From Mobula hypostoma (taxonomy: Eukaryota): a stretch of DNA of 64,000 bases. Below, piece after piece: positions 36,060-50,308 of the stretch (position 1 is the first letter of the stretch; the number at the start of each line of letters is the position of its first letter). The position numbers were made by a program, and so were the translations under genes. The notes under the pieces are model-generated. The model was not told the DNA's origin, ran no database searches, and worked only from the letters and a program-made list of their open reading frames with translations. The stretch lies in assembly GCF_963921235.1 (NCBI RefSeq), contig NC_086097.1:246824001-246888000 (forward strand), written 5' to 3'.

Positions 36060-38585
36060 GCTACACAAACAAAATGCTGGAGGAACTCAGCAAGCCAGGC
36101 AGCATCTAAGGAAATGAATAAATAGCCGACATCTCAGGCTGAGACCCTTCTTCAAGACTGGAAAGGGAGGGGGAAGATGCCAGAATAAAAAGGTGGGGTG
36201 GGAAAGAAGGAGCATAACAAGAAGGTGTACGGTGAAGCCAGGTGGATAGGAAAGGTAAAGGGCTGGAATCTGATAGGAGAGGAGAGAGGACTGTAGGAGA
36301 AAAGCGAAGGAGGAAGGGACCCAGGGGCAAGTGATAGGTAAGTGAGGAGGCCTGAGTGGGGAATAGAAGATGGGAGGGAAGGAGAAGGGAAAGTAGGTTG
36401 TCTTTTTTTAGCCAGTAGGAGAAATCGATATTCATGCCAGTGGGTTGGAAGCTACCCAAATGAAATATAAGGTGTCACTCGTCCTCCTTGAGGGTGGCAC
36501 AAGAGGTGGCCCTGTACCTGTATGTCAGAACGAGAATGCGAATTAAAATGCTTGGCCATCGGGAAGTTCTGCTTTTGGCAGAAGGAGCAGAGGTGCTCGA
36601 CAAAGCAGTCGCCCAGTTTACAAATGGTCTCACCAATGTCAAGGAGGCCACATCAGGTGTGCCGGACACTGGGACTCTGCATGGAGGCAAGGGAGAAGGT
36701 GAATAAGGTCATAAGACATAGGAGCAGAATTAGGCCATTCATCCCATTGAGTCTGTTCTGCCAATCCATCAAGGTTGATCCCAAATCCCACTCAACCCCA
36801 TACACCTGCCTATTCGCCATATCCTTTGATGCCCTGATTGATCAGAAAACTATCAACTTGTGCCTTAAATATACCCAGAATCTGTAGCAAAACATTCCAC
36901 AGATTCACTACCCTTACCTCTGTTCTAAAAGGTCGCCCCTCAACTTTGAGGCTGTGTCTTCTAGTTTAGGAAACATTCTCTCCACATCCACCCTGTCTAG
37001 TCCTTTCAATATTTGGTAGGTTTCAATGAGATCCCCATCCATTCTTCTAAATTCCAATGAGTACAGGCCCAAAGCTGCCAAACACTCTTCATATGTTACC
37101 CCTTTATTCCAGAATCATCCTTGTTTACCTCCTCTGGATTCTCTCCAATGACAACACATCCTTTTTGAGAGGAGCCCAAAACTGTTGACAATAGCCCTTG
37201 TGCGGGATGACTGGTGTCTTATAAAGCCTCAGCATTATCTCCTTGCTTTTATATTCTATTCCCCTTGAAATAAATGCCAACATTGCATTTGCCTTCTTTA
37301 CCACAGACTCAACCTGTAAATTAACCTTCTGGCAATCTTGCACAGGGACTCCCAAGTCCCTCTGCACCTCTGATGTTTGAACCTTCTCCCCATTTAGATA
37401 ATAGTCTGCACTATTGTTCCTTTTACTAAAATGCATTATCATACATTTCCCAGCAATGTATTCCATCTGCCACTTTTTTGCCCATTCTTCCGATTTGTCC
37501 AAGTCCTGCTGCAATTGCATTGCTTCCTCAGCACTACCTACCCCTTCACCTATCTTTGTATAATTCGTAAACTGCAATCAATTCCATTCTCTAAATCACT
37601 GAGAAACAATGTGAAAAGTAGTGGTCCAATACTGATCCTCAAGGAATACCACTAGTCACTGGCAGCTAACCAGAAAAGGCCCTTTTATTCCTATGTGCTG
37701 CCTCCTGAATGGTGTAGCACTTTGGTCACTTGCAGGAATAAGTGGCAAGAAGGAGATTAGTAGTAAGGTCCTTTTGGGGATGGCAGAAGTTGCAGAGGAT
37801 GGTGAGTTGGATGCGCAAGTTCATAGGGTGGTTGGGAAGTGGAACTCTTATCACTGTTAAAACAGCAGGAAGATAACATGAGCGCAGATGTTTGGAAAAT
37901 GGGGCAGATGTGGGTGAGGGCAGCATCAATAGTGGAGGAATGTAACCCCATTCGCCGATTTCCGGCAAAGGAAAGAACAAATATGGCAGAGACCAAGGCG
38001 CGGGAACTGTACAAAGGGAATAGCATTTTTATAGGAGATAGCGTGTGAAGAGGTATAGTCAAGATAATTGTGGGAATTGGTAGGTTTATAAAAGAAATCA
38101 GTTGAAAGTTTGTCTCCAGGATGGAGACAGAGATCAAGAAAGGGGAGGGAGGTGTCAGAAATGGATCAAGTGAATTTAAGGGCAGGGTGGAAGTTGGAGG
38201 TAAAATTGATGAAACTGACAAGCTCAGCATGAGATCATGAACCAGCACCAATGCAGATGTCAATGTAGCGCAAGAGTTGGGAGTATTACCAGGGAAGGTG
38301 TCAAACAAGGACTGTTCTACATAGCCAACAAAGAGGCAGGCATACCTGGGGCCATGGCTACACCTCCAGTCTGGAGAAAATGGCAGGACCCCAAGGAAAG
38401 ATTGTTGAGGGAGAGGACCAGATCTACCAGATGGAGGAGGGTGGTGGTGGAGGGGAATTGGTTGATTCTTTTGTTAAGAAACGAGTGGAGAGCTTTGAAA
38501 CCTTCTTGATGGGAGGTATAAATAAATAAGGATTGAACATCCATGGTGAAAATGAGGCAGTCAGGGCCAGGGAATTGAAAGGCCC
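36060..38585 (-). mobile_element. Penelope-like element (36060-36700 and 37710-38585) interrupted by a CR1
   Basis: RCGLLDIGET GIY-YIG remnant near 36620-36660; LIFTMDVQSL..GGVAM RT motifs; pLTR at 36060-36160. Confidence 0.8.
36706..37705 (-). mobile_element. CR1 ORF2 3' part
   Basis: LQQDLD..WAKKWQMEY..KCMIMHF..KANAMLAFISRGIEYKS (ORF 37125..37577). Confidence 0.88.
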
Positions 38586-38639
38586 CAGTGTTTTCAGTAA
38601 AAACAGGCTGGTACAGAAACACGAATGCCCTTGAACGGA

Positions 38640-39187
38640 AAATCCTATAGAAAGTAGAGGATATGGCACAGTCTATTAAGGGTAAAGCCCTCTACACTAC
38701 CGAGCACATCTACATGAAACACTGTTGCAGGAAAGCAGCATCCATCATCAGGGATCTTCATCAGCCAGAACCTCCATCATCCTCTTCTTGCTGCTGCCAT
38801 CAGGGAGGAGGTACAGGAGCCCCCACCACCAAGTTCAGGAACAGGTACTACCCCCTCAACCATCAGGCTTTTGAACTGAAGGGGATAACTTCACTCAACT
38901 TCACTTGCCCCATCACTGAAATGTTCTCACAACCAATGGACTCACTCTTCATCTCATGTTCACGATATTTATTGCTTATTTATTTACCATTTTTATTTCT
39001 TTCTTTTTGTATTTGCAGTTTGTTGTCTTCTGCACACTGGTTGAATGCCCAACTCGGGCAGTCTTTTAATTGATTGTTATGGTTATTATTCTATAGACTT
39101 ATTGAGTATGCCCACAAGAAAATGAATCGTAGGATTGTGTATCGTGACATTTATGTTTTTTGATAATCAATTTACTTTGAACTTTGA
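38640..39187 (+). mobile_element. Rex1/Babar-type 3' end with (ACTTTGA)n tail
   Basis: AQSIKG..EHIYMKHCCRKAASIIRD coding remnant plus a 3'UTR shared with other Rex1 copies. Confidence 0.8.
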
Positions 39188-39193
39188 TACTTA

Positions 39194-39352
<159 letters not shown>

Positions 39353-41984
39353 TTAGTACATTATGACATTACCAAAATACTACTATTGCTTGAACATGCA
39401 GTAAATCCATTACCAAACCCTTCAGTGTATGCCAACTAATGCCAGAGAGCTTGACCTAATAGTTGCCACCTTGAAAAATGCAGGTTATTGAACCTAACAT
39501 GTCCAAATAGTTTTGACTTTTCCCCACAACACAGAACAAACCAGGATATCGTCTCTTCTGATGAAGGGGAACAGAGCAGATTGCTCTCCACAGATGCCGC
39601 CAGGCCTTTCAGGCTTTGTTTCAGAATTTGCAGACATTTTCATTTCCTGTTGCCGTTTCCAATTATTATGTAAGCAGACAAGAGCACAAGAAACTGCAAA
39701 GTGCAGCAGACTCAGCCCAAATCATCACTATGACGACTTGGCACTACAATGAACTTTTTTTTTCCCTGTTTTGTGTTCTGTCTTGTTTAACTTTGGAAAA
39801 CTTGTGTCTTTATGCATGCTCAGTTATCTGTTGCCAGCTGCTCATGATGCAACTGGAAGCAGCTGTGTATATATGTGCTTGGGGATATGACAGTGAGCTC
39901 GACTTTGACTTTGCAAGACAATGAGTGATTATGCCTGATACGCATCAGTTTCCCCCCTCCGCACCTCAGCAATATTGATCAATTATCATTATTCTGGAAT
40001 CCTCCTCCCCTTAAAACCCTGCTGAAATAAGGGCAAGAAATATTCTGGTACAGAAGAGATGGCTTGTACTTTTTAATCATTGCTGTTTAAAAGGTCATTC
40101 TTTTTTTCTAGAAAGACATTTACAATTTACTTAAAGAAGCGCTTACCAAAGACTACTTTGTGGTAGCTAAAAGTACCCTCTTTCTGGTCAGCTATTAGAC
40201 AAGAGTGCACTAAGGGACTTGAGCATCACATGTTGCTGGATTACTCCAGTGTCAATATCCTTCACTGACATTGCCACCAGCTTTACACAGAAGTGTTGAG
40301 ATGCTGGAACTCTCAGTCAAGAGTGCTGCATTACCCAACTTTCAATAATAAAGCTCCCAAGCCTTGATTTCACAGCAGCTTCCTATACGACCCCAGAATA
40401 TGCCTTTTCACCCCTTTCCTTCCAGAGGACCAAGCGGAGATGAGGCTATTCACTTGAGTTCCCAGGGAAACAAACTAGTTCTGTTTACAGACACCCTTAA
40501 GTCTAGTTTGTCCATAGTGCAGAAAATTCACAATATCACTCAATAAGATAACCATATCTTCACAGTATTGCAACGAATGGCATCAAAAACACGTCACCAC
40601 CAGTTAACTCAACTCTGACAACTGGCACTCATTTATCAATTGCACTTTATTATGCACGAGGACAGCATAGCCCTTCTCACCACACTGTTCTAAACTTGGA
40701 ATAAGGAAAAACCTGTTTTTTTCTTTCAGAAAGTGACTAGTTGGATGCAGATATTGACAAATTGCTAACCTTGCAGATGTTTAATTTCTCCATTTCCATT
40801 ATGAATCATCAATCACAGTACAATAACAGATATTAATAACCAATTAAATCTAGACTTTAAAGGCCAATAATACAGATTTAGTAAAGTAACTGACCCATAA
40901 TAAGTGTCACCCTACAATGCTTCACTTGCATAATTATCTTGTCCTGGAATGCTAAATGGCATGGGCCGCATGCTATGTAAGGGGAAGCTATGCTCTTCAA
41001 AGATACCTCTTACTGGGATTGACTACACGGCATCTGCAAATTATCCTTGTCTTCATGATTATCTGGATTATGATCACCTTAATGACCATTCAATTTAACA
41101 ACACCACTGATAAGAAACAATAGCTGAAAGTGTAGAGTGCTGTCCTGCATAGGAACGAATGTGTGCACATACACTGGATTTTTGATTTTAATATTATGGG
41201 AGCTTATATGCATTACGAGTGCACACAAATCCAGCTTTGAATAGATTGTACTTTGAATTTTATGATCACAATCTGGTCTCCTCTACACTGAAGGAAACCA
41301 AACACCTGGGTGACAGATCAAATCACTACCTGATCTAGTGAGCATTTCCTGCCTTCTCTTCATAGTTTCAGCTTCAACCCTATCCTGCATTTCACAGCTT
41401 TATCACATTGCTGTGCTTGTTCTCTCTTGGTATTCATTGACATCAAACAGAAACCGAACCCTGAACTTCCTCTACCCATTTCACTCAGCTTTCCTCCCCC
41501 ATCTTTTCTAAAAAAATACGACTATCTTTTTCCCTTCACTTTCTCTGTTCTGCTTAAGTCTTCTTAATTATTAAATCATTACTCTTTCCATATATGCAGG
41601 TTTTTTAAATTACATGTTATCTGATTGCTTTATGGAACAACCTCCACTCAGCTGAAAAGAACGATTCCTGATGAAGGGTCTCAGCCGAACACTGACTGTT
41701 TATTCCTCTCCAGCATTTTTGTGTGCACACTGCTCTGAGTATCTAGCTGTTTGTCACTTTAATTCTTCAAATCCCATTCTGATCTTCCAACCCTTTGCCC
41801 AACAAAACCCAATGCAAGTTTGATGAACATCGTCCAGATAGGCATGTTGGAGTCCTCAGAAGTTGAGATTGTCATTCATTTCCAAAAAGACCACTTGACA
41901 TCAGTGGTGATTGAACAGGCCCTCACCACCATAACCTGTGTCAGTCCATTTTAGACCCCACATCATCACATACATTTAATTATA

Positions 41985-42425
41985 GAGCACTACAACCCAT
42001 CTTCCACCCATCTGGTCCATGCCTAATGGTTTTTCAGCATACTCTCATTGACCCACACCTGCACCACAGCGCTCCATCCTCTTCCCATCCATATGCTTAT
42101 TTTACCTTCTGTGAGATGTTGTAATCAAACCCACATCCACCACTTCTGCCGGCAGCTCGTTCCATACACAGCACCGAGTGTGAAGTTCCCCCTTAAACAT
42201 TTCACCTCCCACACTTAAACTCTGACCTCTAGTTGTAGTCTCACCTAAGCTAAGAGGGAAGAGCCTCCTTGCATTTACCCCATCAACACCCCTCAATTTT
42301 ATGTACTTTATCAAACCTCTCCTCATTCTCCAACATTCTAGGGAATAAAAGTCTTACCTATTCAACCTCTCCCTACAACTCATGCCCTCAAGCCCTGGCA
42401 AAATCCTTGAAAATTTTCCTCTGTA
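41985..42425 (-). mobile_element. CR1 3' fragment
   Basis: MRRGLIKYIKLRGVD..LFP..WNELPAEVV (ORF 42102..42326). Confidence 0.7.
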
Positions 42426-42894
42426 TTTTCTTTTGCTTGCTTCATTCTTCCCTCTTCTTTGTAATTTCTGACTATACGATTTAAAACTCAATTTTTCTTT
42501 TTCTTTAGTTCTGATTTGAAATATTGGCATTCACTACTGATGCTGCTCAACTTGCTGAGAACTTCCAGTAGTGTTTATTTTTATTTCAGGTTTTCAGCAG
42601 CTGCTGCTTTTTTTGCTTTTCAGTTCTGAACAGTTTTGTATATATTTGACAGTTTAAAAATAACTCCATGAACCAGGTACTAAACTAAATTGGTATATTG
42701 TATTATGATTATAATTTTATTACATCTGGGTCACAAGTGAGCAGCCTACATTTTACATGATACAGTAGACAGAGAGAAAAAAAACAAAGGGCACATTTCA
42801 CACTTCTAAATCAAGTTACTTTGTGACAAAGCCAAACATGTGTCAGGTGAGCAAGGACAGACCAAAATGAGCAAAGTAACTTTTTATAGAGTCT

Positions 42895-43040
42895 CACACA
42901 CAAAAAATGCTGGTGAACGCAGCAGACCAGGCAGCATCTATAGGAAGAGGTACAGTCGACGTTTCGGGCCAGGACCCTTCCAGCATTTTTTGTGTGTGTT
43001 GCTTGAATTTCCAGCATCTGCAGATTTCCTCATGTCTGCG
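42895..43040. mobile_element. Penelope-derived fold-back mini-element (146 bp)
   Basis: Perfect 14-bp TSD TTTTTATAGAGTCT at 42881-42894 and 43041-43054; partial hammerhead (GAAACGTCGACTG) on the minus strand. Confidence 0.85.
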
Positions 43041-44084
43041 TTTTTATAGAGTCTATTCACTTTAAGATTCCATAAGACATAACAGCAGAATTAGGCCACT
43101 CAGTCCATCAAATCTGTTCCATAATACTATCATGCTCGATTTATTTTCCCTCTCATCTTCATTCTCCTGCCTTCTCTCTGTAATCTTTAATTCATTGACA
43201 TAACGGCTACCAAATGAATTTGTGAGGAGTGAGCCTCGTGGCATGAGCAAGAAATCAGTCTGTTTTGGCATTTTAGGTGCTTTTAATGGTCATGTGAGTA
43301 AGAAACTCAGCCAAAATATTTAAGATTTGATCTCAATTGCTGTGTGGCTCTTTGTGATCAGTGGATAGGCTTCTGCTTTCGTGTGGTGTCCTTCTTTCAA
43401 TGATGAAGGAGGACGTTACTACAGTTCAGTGTTTATGGATTGGACTTTTGCGTTTATGGACTATGGACTTTTTTGGACATGGTTTTTATTTTGTGTTTTC
43501 ACCTTTTTTCCCCATTTTGTTGTGCAGGTCAATGCTCTTGCTGCATTTTGTACGAGGAAGGGTTTGGAAGGTTGATGATCGGGATGCCATTCTTTTTTGT
43601 GCGGGATGCAGGTGGGTTTGATGTTTCTCTCTGAAACGATTTTCATGTTCTTTCTTTGTATCGTGGCTATCTAGAGAAGACTAATCTCAGAGTTGTATAT
43701 GGATACATACTTTGATAATAAATGAATCTTTGAGTTATACCAAATTATGAGGGGCATGGATGGAGTTGCTTGAGACTAAAACTACAGGCCATGGGTTCAA
43801 GGTTCAAATGTTTAAAGGGAACATGAGGGGGATCTTCTACATTCAGAGTGGTGAGAGTGTGGAATGAGCTGCGAGCAGAGTGGGTTCTAGTTCAACATTA
43901 AGAGAAATTTGGATAGGTACTTGGATGGGAGGAGTGCAGGTCAACGGGACTGGGCTGAAGGATTGGTTCTGTGCTGTAGTACTCTACGGGTGCCCAAACT
44001 TTCTGTTTCAGAGACTGCGTACACTACACCACCCACATACAATTAACAAGGTGATAATTTAGCAAATCTTGCTATTGTAAACTG

Positions 44085-45120
44085 AGAGAATGTTCATGAG
44101 AATGATTCATGAATGAAAGGGTTAACGTATCAGAAGAGTTTGATGGCTTTTGGCCTGTAGTCCCTGGAGTTTAGAAGAATGAGGAAGGAATCTCATTGAA
44201 ACCTACCGAATATTGAAAGGCCTCGATAAGAGTGGACATAGAGAGGATATTTCCAATAGTGGGTGAGTCTAGGACCAGAGGGCACAGCCCCAGAATAGAA
44301 GAATGTCTGTTTATAACAGAGACAAGGAGCAATTTCTTTAGCCAGAGGGTGGTGAGTCTGTGGAATTCATTGCCACAGATGTAAACTTAAATTCACCAGA
44401 CCAAATAACCACAGCGCAAAAAGATTGTTAATTATCTTTTCACCAGTTTATTTCTTTGAGCTCAGCCGGCGAGGGAACTTGGTCCTGACATCAGGGGGAG
44501 AAACGTTCTCATCCCTCTGGCGGATCAAACAAGTTCACTGCTCGACTCCCAGAATTGTTACAATTTATAAGGCCACCGATACAAAAGAACAATCAGTTCA
44601 ATAGACATTCCAGCTACTCAAATAGAGCAAAACTTAACAACTTAGGTAATAGACTCCACCAAATTTAAGCTTTAATTAAGAAAGGAATGTCCCGTCTTAT
44701 CTCCATCAGCAATCACCTTCTGTCAAAACCAAAAGGTGTGAAAAATCAGGAGACATCTTTTGTGGATCTGTGTGAGCTTTACCTCTTATCTCACTCCAAA
44801 GAAGCAGCTGTGAGACATCTTAAACATGCTGTAGCCATTCACAAACCAGAATACACAGACACAGTACTCAACCTTAACCCATTATTTACAGGAATCTGAG
44901 AATTCCCCCAATTCCCTTAATACTTTATCACAGACAGCTGTGGAAGTCAATTCACTGGGTACATCTAAAACAGTGATTGATAGGTTCTTGATCAGTGAGG
45001 GGATTAAAAGCTACAGGGAGAAAGCAGGAGAATAGGGTTGAGGGAGATAATAAATCAATGATGGAATGGCAGCACAGACTCAATGGGCCGAGTGGCCTAA
45101 ATCTGTTCACTTGTTTTATG
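44085..45120 (+). mobile_element. CR1 3' fragment interrupted by a solo LTR
   Basis: ..SLEFRRMR..LIETY..FFSQRVVSLWNSLPQ continues after the LTR as ACAGCTGTGGAAGTC. Confidence 0.82.
44380..44930 (-). mobile_element. Solo LTR (551 bp), ERV or Gypsy type
   Basis: TG...CA termini; 4-bp TSD CAGA at 44376-44379 and 44931-44934; minus-strand TATAAA (44564-44569) and AATAAA (44447-44452) followed by a GT-rich tract. Confidence 0.85.
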
Positions 45121-45313
45121 GCTCAACTATCAGGCTTAAGCTTTCAGGTGGCAATCAATAGCCTAACTCATTATGACTGTCATTACTTTAAATTATTTCC
45201 TGAATTTCCTCTATTTTATTACATTTTAGGAATTATTTCATAGCACACTAACAGCACAGTTTGTAAATCGTAACATGGACTTTAATTTTAGCAAAGTTTA
45301 ACATCAATACCTA

Positions 45314-45421
<108 letters not shown>

Positions 45422-45468
45422 TCAGGCTAATGTTCAATTATGTGATAACAAAATACTTCTGTATTTCA

Positions 45469-45712
45469 GGGGCAGCATGCTAAAGCGTAGCAGTTTGCAT
45501 AACACTATTACAGTGCCAGCGACTCGGATTCAATTCTACGGTTGTAAGAAGTTTATACGTTCACCCCATGACTGCGTGGATCTATTCCAGGTGCTCTGGT
45601 TTCCTCCCACATCCCAAAGACTTATGGGTTAATTAGTCACATGGGACTAATTGGGTGGCACGAGCTTATTAGGCCAAAACAACTTGTTACCATGGTGTAT
45701 ATCCAAATAAAA
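45469..45712 (+). mobile_element. V-SINE occupying most of the 373-bp intron 8
   Basis: tRNA-like head; CCAGGTGCTCTGGTTTCCTCCCACATCCCAAAGAC V-domain; A-rich end. Confidence 0.75.
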
Positions 45713-45764
45713 CTTTAAAAAAACTTTTCTATGATTTTCCTGGCAGTCTTCAACGAGTCACCTA

Positions 45765-46004
<240 letters not shown>

Positions 46005-46599
46005 TTAAGATTTGCCAGGACCTCGAACACACCACCTACGCGATCTGCATCCTTTACATTTCTCGTATAGAGTTAGAATTGCTGCATGCGGTAATTTCCA
46101 CACGAGAGTGAAATTTAGATTCAGTACATGCCAAATTTGATTATACCATCCTATGGAACTCAATTACAACTTTTTTTTAAAGATCTTGTCTGCGTGGACT
46201 GGAATGTTATGTTAAATTTAAAGTAAATTGTTTAGAATGAATATTCCTCCCCAAAAGTGAGGTACTAGGCAAGGCATCTACTGGTGCTCACAGCTCTCTC
46301 CTGGAGAATGAGCACACTGTGGGCAAATTGGAGCAGGCATTTATTGCAGCAGATATTCTGCTCAGTTATGCAAAGGACAACCCCTTAAGTGGTACAGACA
46401 GTCAGGGATGGAAACCTTTTATAATGATTTCTTGATATTTTATTAACCTTTAAATCCTCTGCATTGCCATCTGTATTATTTTACCATCTACACCTGAGGC
46501 ACTAAACCCAATCCGTGTAGTGACTGATAAATTAACAGCCTGCCAACAAGAAAATAAGCTATTTTCCCCAAGTGTGTTTTCTGTTACCTGATAATCTGT

Positions 46600-47289
46600 C
46601 CAAATTCCTTTTAATTGGGCCATCGGTTAATTGGGGCAGCCACTTCTTAAGGACAACTTTTAAAGAACAAGAACTATTTGAGAAAATAGATGGGATTCCT
46701 TTGATTATTTGGGACACTATGCCGCCTAATTGGGGCAGGAGCTTGTTGCTAAACAGTTTCTAACTAGCGTCAGCTGCATGTGTTTGTGTTAAAAATGCAG
46801 CAACAAGACAATCCAGAATTGTTTTGCTCACTGCAGTTTCAAGCATTCAGGCTGGAAAATGCCAGAAATGGGAGTGAATGAAATGAAACCACTTCACTAC
46901 TTCAACAAATTAGAAACTACAGAGAACTGAAGGTATCGACAATCATCCTAAATGTGTCAATGAAACTGAGGATTTGGAGGATAGAATCATCAACATTATA
47001 CGAAGGCAGTCCATGATCTGCACTTGGTGTAGGTGCTGGTTTTGTTCATTCACAATCAAAAGAACGCAACATGGATGAATTCCTCCACCAATAAGTATTA
47101 GGAATTAATATAATTTTATAGTGTGCATTAGTATTGATAGTGCTTTAAGTTGTTCAGTATGGTATTTAACTGCATAATTTATTACTTCGTTTTTTTGTAC
47201 TTCAACTATTTCCATGAAACCTAGGCTACTTGAGCCATTCATTTAATTGGGCCACTTCCCTACGAGTCCCAATTAACTGTAATCCAGTG
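46600..47289 (+). mobile_element. Non-autonomous Tigger/pogo derivative, copy 2
   Basis: Colinear with 6706-7693; KTIQNCFAHCSFKHSG remnant; right end CCCAATTAACTGTAATCCAGTG-TA. Confidence 0.7.
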
Positions 47290-47644
47290 TAAATACCCCA
47301 AATTAAATGGTTTTTAGACCAACTAGTGGCCAGAAATGGCTAGTTTTTATTTCATTTTATCGACTGGCAATCGTGCAATATTTACACACAAATGACATAC
47401 CAAAGAAATGCTGATAGATTGCATGCACAGCCTTCACTACCTTCAACTCTGCATCCCCAGACATCGCAAGATGCACATATTTGTAGAGAAGCAAGTTTTT
47501 TAAAAGTCTAACTTTATTTTTTCACTTGCAACTTCACCCTTTATTTTTTACAATCACAGTCTTTTCTTTACTAAAGAACAAATGTTAATTTAGTATCTTT
47601 TCCATATTGTGAAATTTCCCCATCTTCCCTTCACTCTTCAACTA

Positions 47645-49241
47645 TAGTGCCTATAAAAAGTATTTACCTTCCTTGGAAGTTTTCATGTTTTATTGTTTTA
47701 CAAACATTGAATCACAGTGCATTTAATTTGGCTTTTTGAGACTGATCAACAGAAAGACTCTTTCACGTCGAAGTAAAAACCAAATATCAACAAATTGGTC
47801 TGAATTTATTACAATTATTAAACACAAGATAATTGATTGCATAAGTATTCACCCTCTTCAAGTCAGTATGTAGTAGATGCACCTTCAGCAGCAATTACAG
47901 ACTTGAGTCTGTGCCGATAGGTTTGTATCAGTCTTGCACATCTGGACACTGCAATTTTTCCTCATTCTTTACAAAGCTGCTCAAGCTCTGTCAGATTGCA
48001 TGGGGATTGTGAGTGAACAGCTCTTTTCAAGTCCAGCCACAAATTCTCAATTAGATTGAGGTCTGGACTCTGACTTGGCCACTCCAGGACATTAACTTTG
48101 CTGTTTTTGAGCCAATCTTGTGTTACTTTGGCTTTATGCTTGGGGTCATTGTCTTGCTGGAAAACAAATCTTTTCCCAAGTCTCAGTTCTCTTGGAGATT
48201 TCATCAGATTTTCCTCCAGGACTTCCCTGTATTTTGCTGCATTTACTTTGCCCTACATTTTCACAAGCCTTCCAGGGCCTGTTGCAGTGAAGCATCCCCA
48301 CAGCACGATGCAGCCACCACCATGCTTCACGGTAGGGATGGTGTATTTTTGATGATGCGCCAAGCATAGCGTTTAGTCTGTTGGCCAAAAAGCTCAATTT
48401 TGGTTTCATCAGGCCATAGAACCTTCTTCCAGCTGACCTCAGAGTCTCCCTCATTTCTTTTGGCAAACTCTAGCTGAGATTTCATGCAAGTATTTTTAAA
48501 CAGTGGCTTTCTTTTTGCCACTCTCCATAAAGCTGCGACTGGTGAAGCACTCAGGCAATAGTTGTTGTTTGCGCAGTGTCTCCCATCTCAGCTACTGAAA
48601 CTGGTAACCCCTCCAGAGTTGTCATAGGTCTCTTGGTGCCCTACATCATTAATCCCCTTCTTGCACGATCACTCAGTTTTTGAGGGTGGCCTGCTCTAGG
48701 TAGATTTACAGCTGTGCCATATTCTTTCCATTTCTCGATGACTGACTTAACTGTACACCAAGGGATATTCAGTGACTTGGAAAATTTCCTGTATTCACCT
48801 CTGACATATGTTTTTTTTAACAACCTTTTTGTGGCATTGCTTGTTCTTTTGTCCTTGTGGTGTAGTTTTTGCCGGGATACTGACTCACCAGCAGTTGGAC
48901 CTTCCAGTTACAGGGGTATTTTTACTACAATCAATTGGAACACCTTGACTGCACACAGGTGATCTCCATTTAACTAATTACGTGAATTCTAAAACCAAAC
49001 AGCTGCACCAGTGTGTCATATTAAAGAGGGTGAATATTTTTGCAATCAATTGATTTTGCATTTTATATTTGTAATTAATTTAATTCTCTTTGTAGAGATC
49101 TGTTTTCACTTTGACATGAAAGTGTCTTTTTTCTGTTGATCAGTGTCAAAAAGAGCCAAATTAAATACATTGTGATTCAATGTTGTAAAACAATAAAACA
49201 TGAAAACTTCCAAGGGGGTGGAATTCTTTTTATAGGTACTG
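47645..49241 (-). mobile_element. Full-length Tc1-family (IR/DR, DD34E) transposon with decayed transposase
   Basis: About 210-bp TIRs with inner and outer AAGTATT(C/T)ACC repeats; TA flanks at 47643-44 and 49242-43; VLWPDETKIELFG and FQQDNDPKH..WPSQSPDLNLIENLW motifs; several frameshifts. Confidence 0.93.
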
Positions 49242-50139
49242 TATGTGCACCTTTGTAACCATAACCACTCCAGTCACATAAAACCAGCATTCCCATTTTT
49301 AGTATTAGGCTTGAATTTTCACTATACAAGAAACCCAAGCTTACTCTTACTTAACTTGAATCCCTGCACTGTCAGCCTTGCAGGATTTCTAACTTCTAAT
49401 GTCTTTTCTTTCTTCCGAATGTGAATCTGTCTAAAAAGTTGTCACTATTCCAATACTATTTTGCACCAATCTTTGATTCCATTCCACCTTTCTAATACAC
49501 TGAAAACTAACCAATTTCACTTATGACACAAAAGTGAGTGTTCACCAGCTGATTTTGAGATAGAAGGTTGCTATATGAGGAGGAATTAGGCAGATTGGTA
49601 TCATACTCTAATATTAAGAGAGTGACTAGGTAGACATAGAACTGATGTGCTCTCTTGTCAATGCCTAGAATCAGGTTCACAATCTCAAATTAAAGGAGCA
49701 GCATTTTGAAATAACTCAAGAAATTTCTTCATCCAAACAGTACTACTTTGCTCATGAAGCGCATGTAGCAACAGTCATTTAGAATACTGAAATTAGAGAA
49801 GGAGAGATTTATGGATATAATGGGGAAACCATGGCCGAGGTGAAAGATCAGTGGTGATTTTATTGAATCGTGGACCACAATGATTGTTTTTATTTCACAT
49901 CTTTGTGTATACTGTCTCTTGCTCCTGGACATTTATTGTAGGTGGTTTCTTTTGAAATTAAGGGGAATATACAAAGTTTGAATATACAGTAACAGCTGTT
50001 TAAAAAAAATGCCACAGCTATTGACAAGCTACAGATGTGCTGTTCCTGCTGCATTAACGCACACTAGGCATATTCCTTGCTTGCTGAAGCAAAAACCACA
50101 ATAAAATGTAATAGGATAGTGTAACAACCATGCAGTAAT

Positions 50140-50308
50140 TAATCACAAACAAGAGAAAATATGCAGATGCTGGAGGAACTCAAAAGGCCAGGCAGCATCT
50201 ATGGAGGAGTAAACAGTCGATGCTTTGGGCCGAGACCCTTCATCAGGACTGTTTACACTTTTCCATAGATGCTGCCTGGCCTGCTGAGTTCCTCCAGCAT
50301 TTTGTGTG
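50140..50308. mobile_element. Penelope-derived fold-back mini-element
   Basis: Arms ATGCTGGAGGAACTCA..GGCCAGGCAGCATCTATGGA and the reverse complement; central hammerhead-like motif on the minus strand; flanks ATGCAGTAAT / ATGCAATAAT. Confidence 0.8.
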
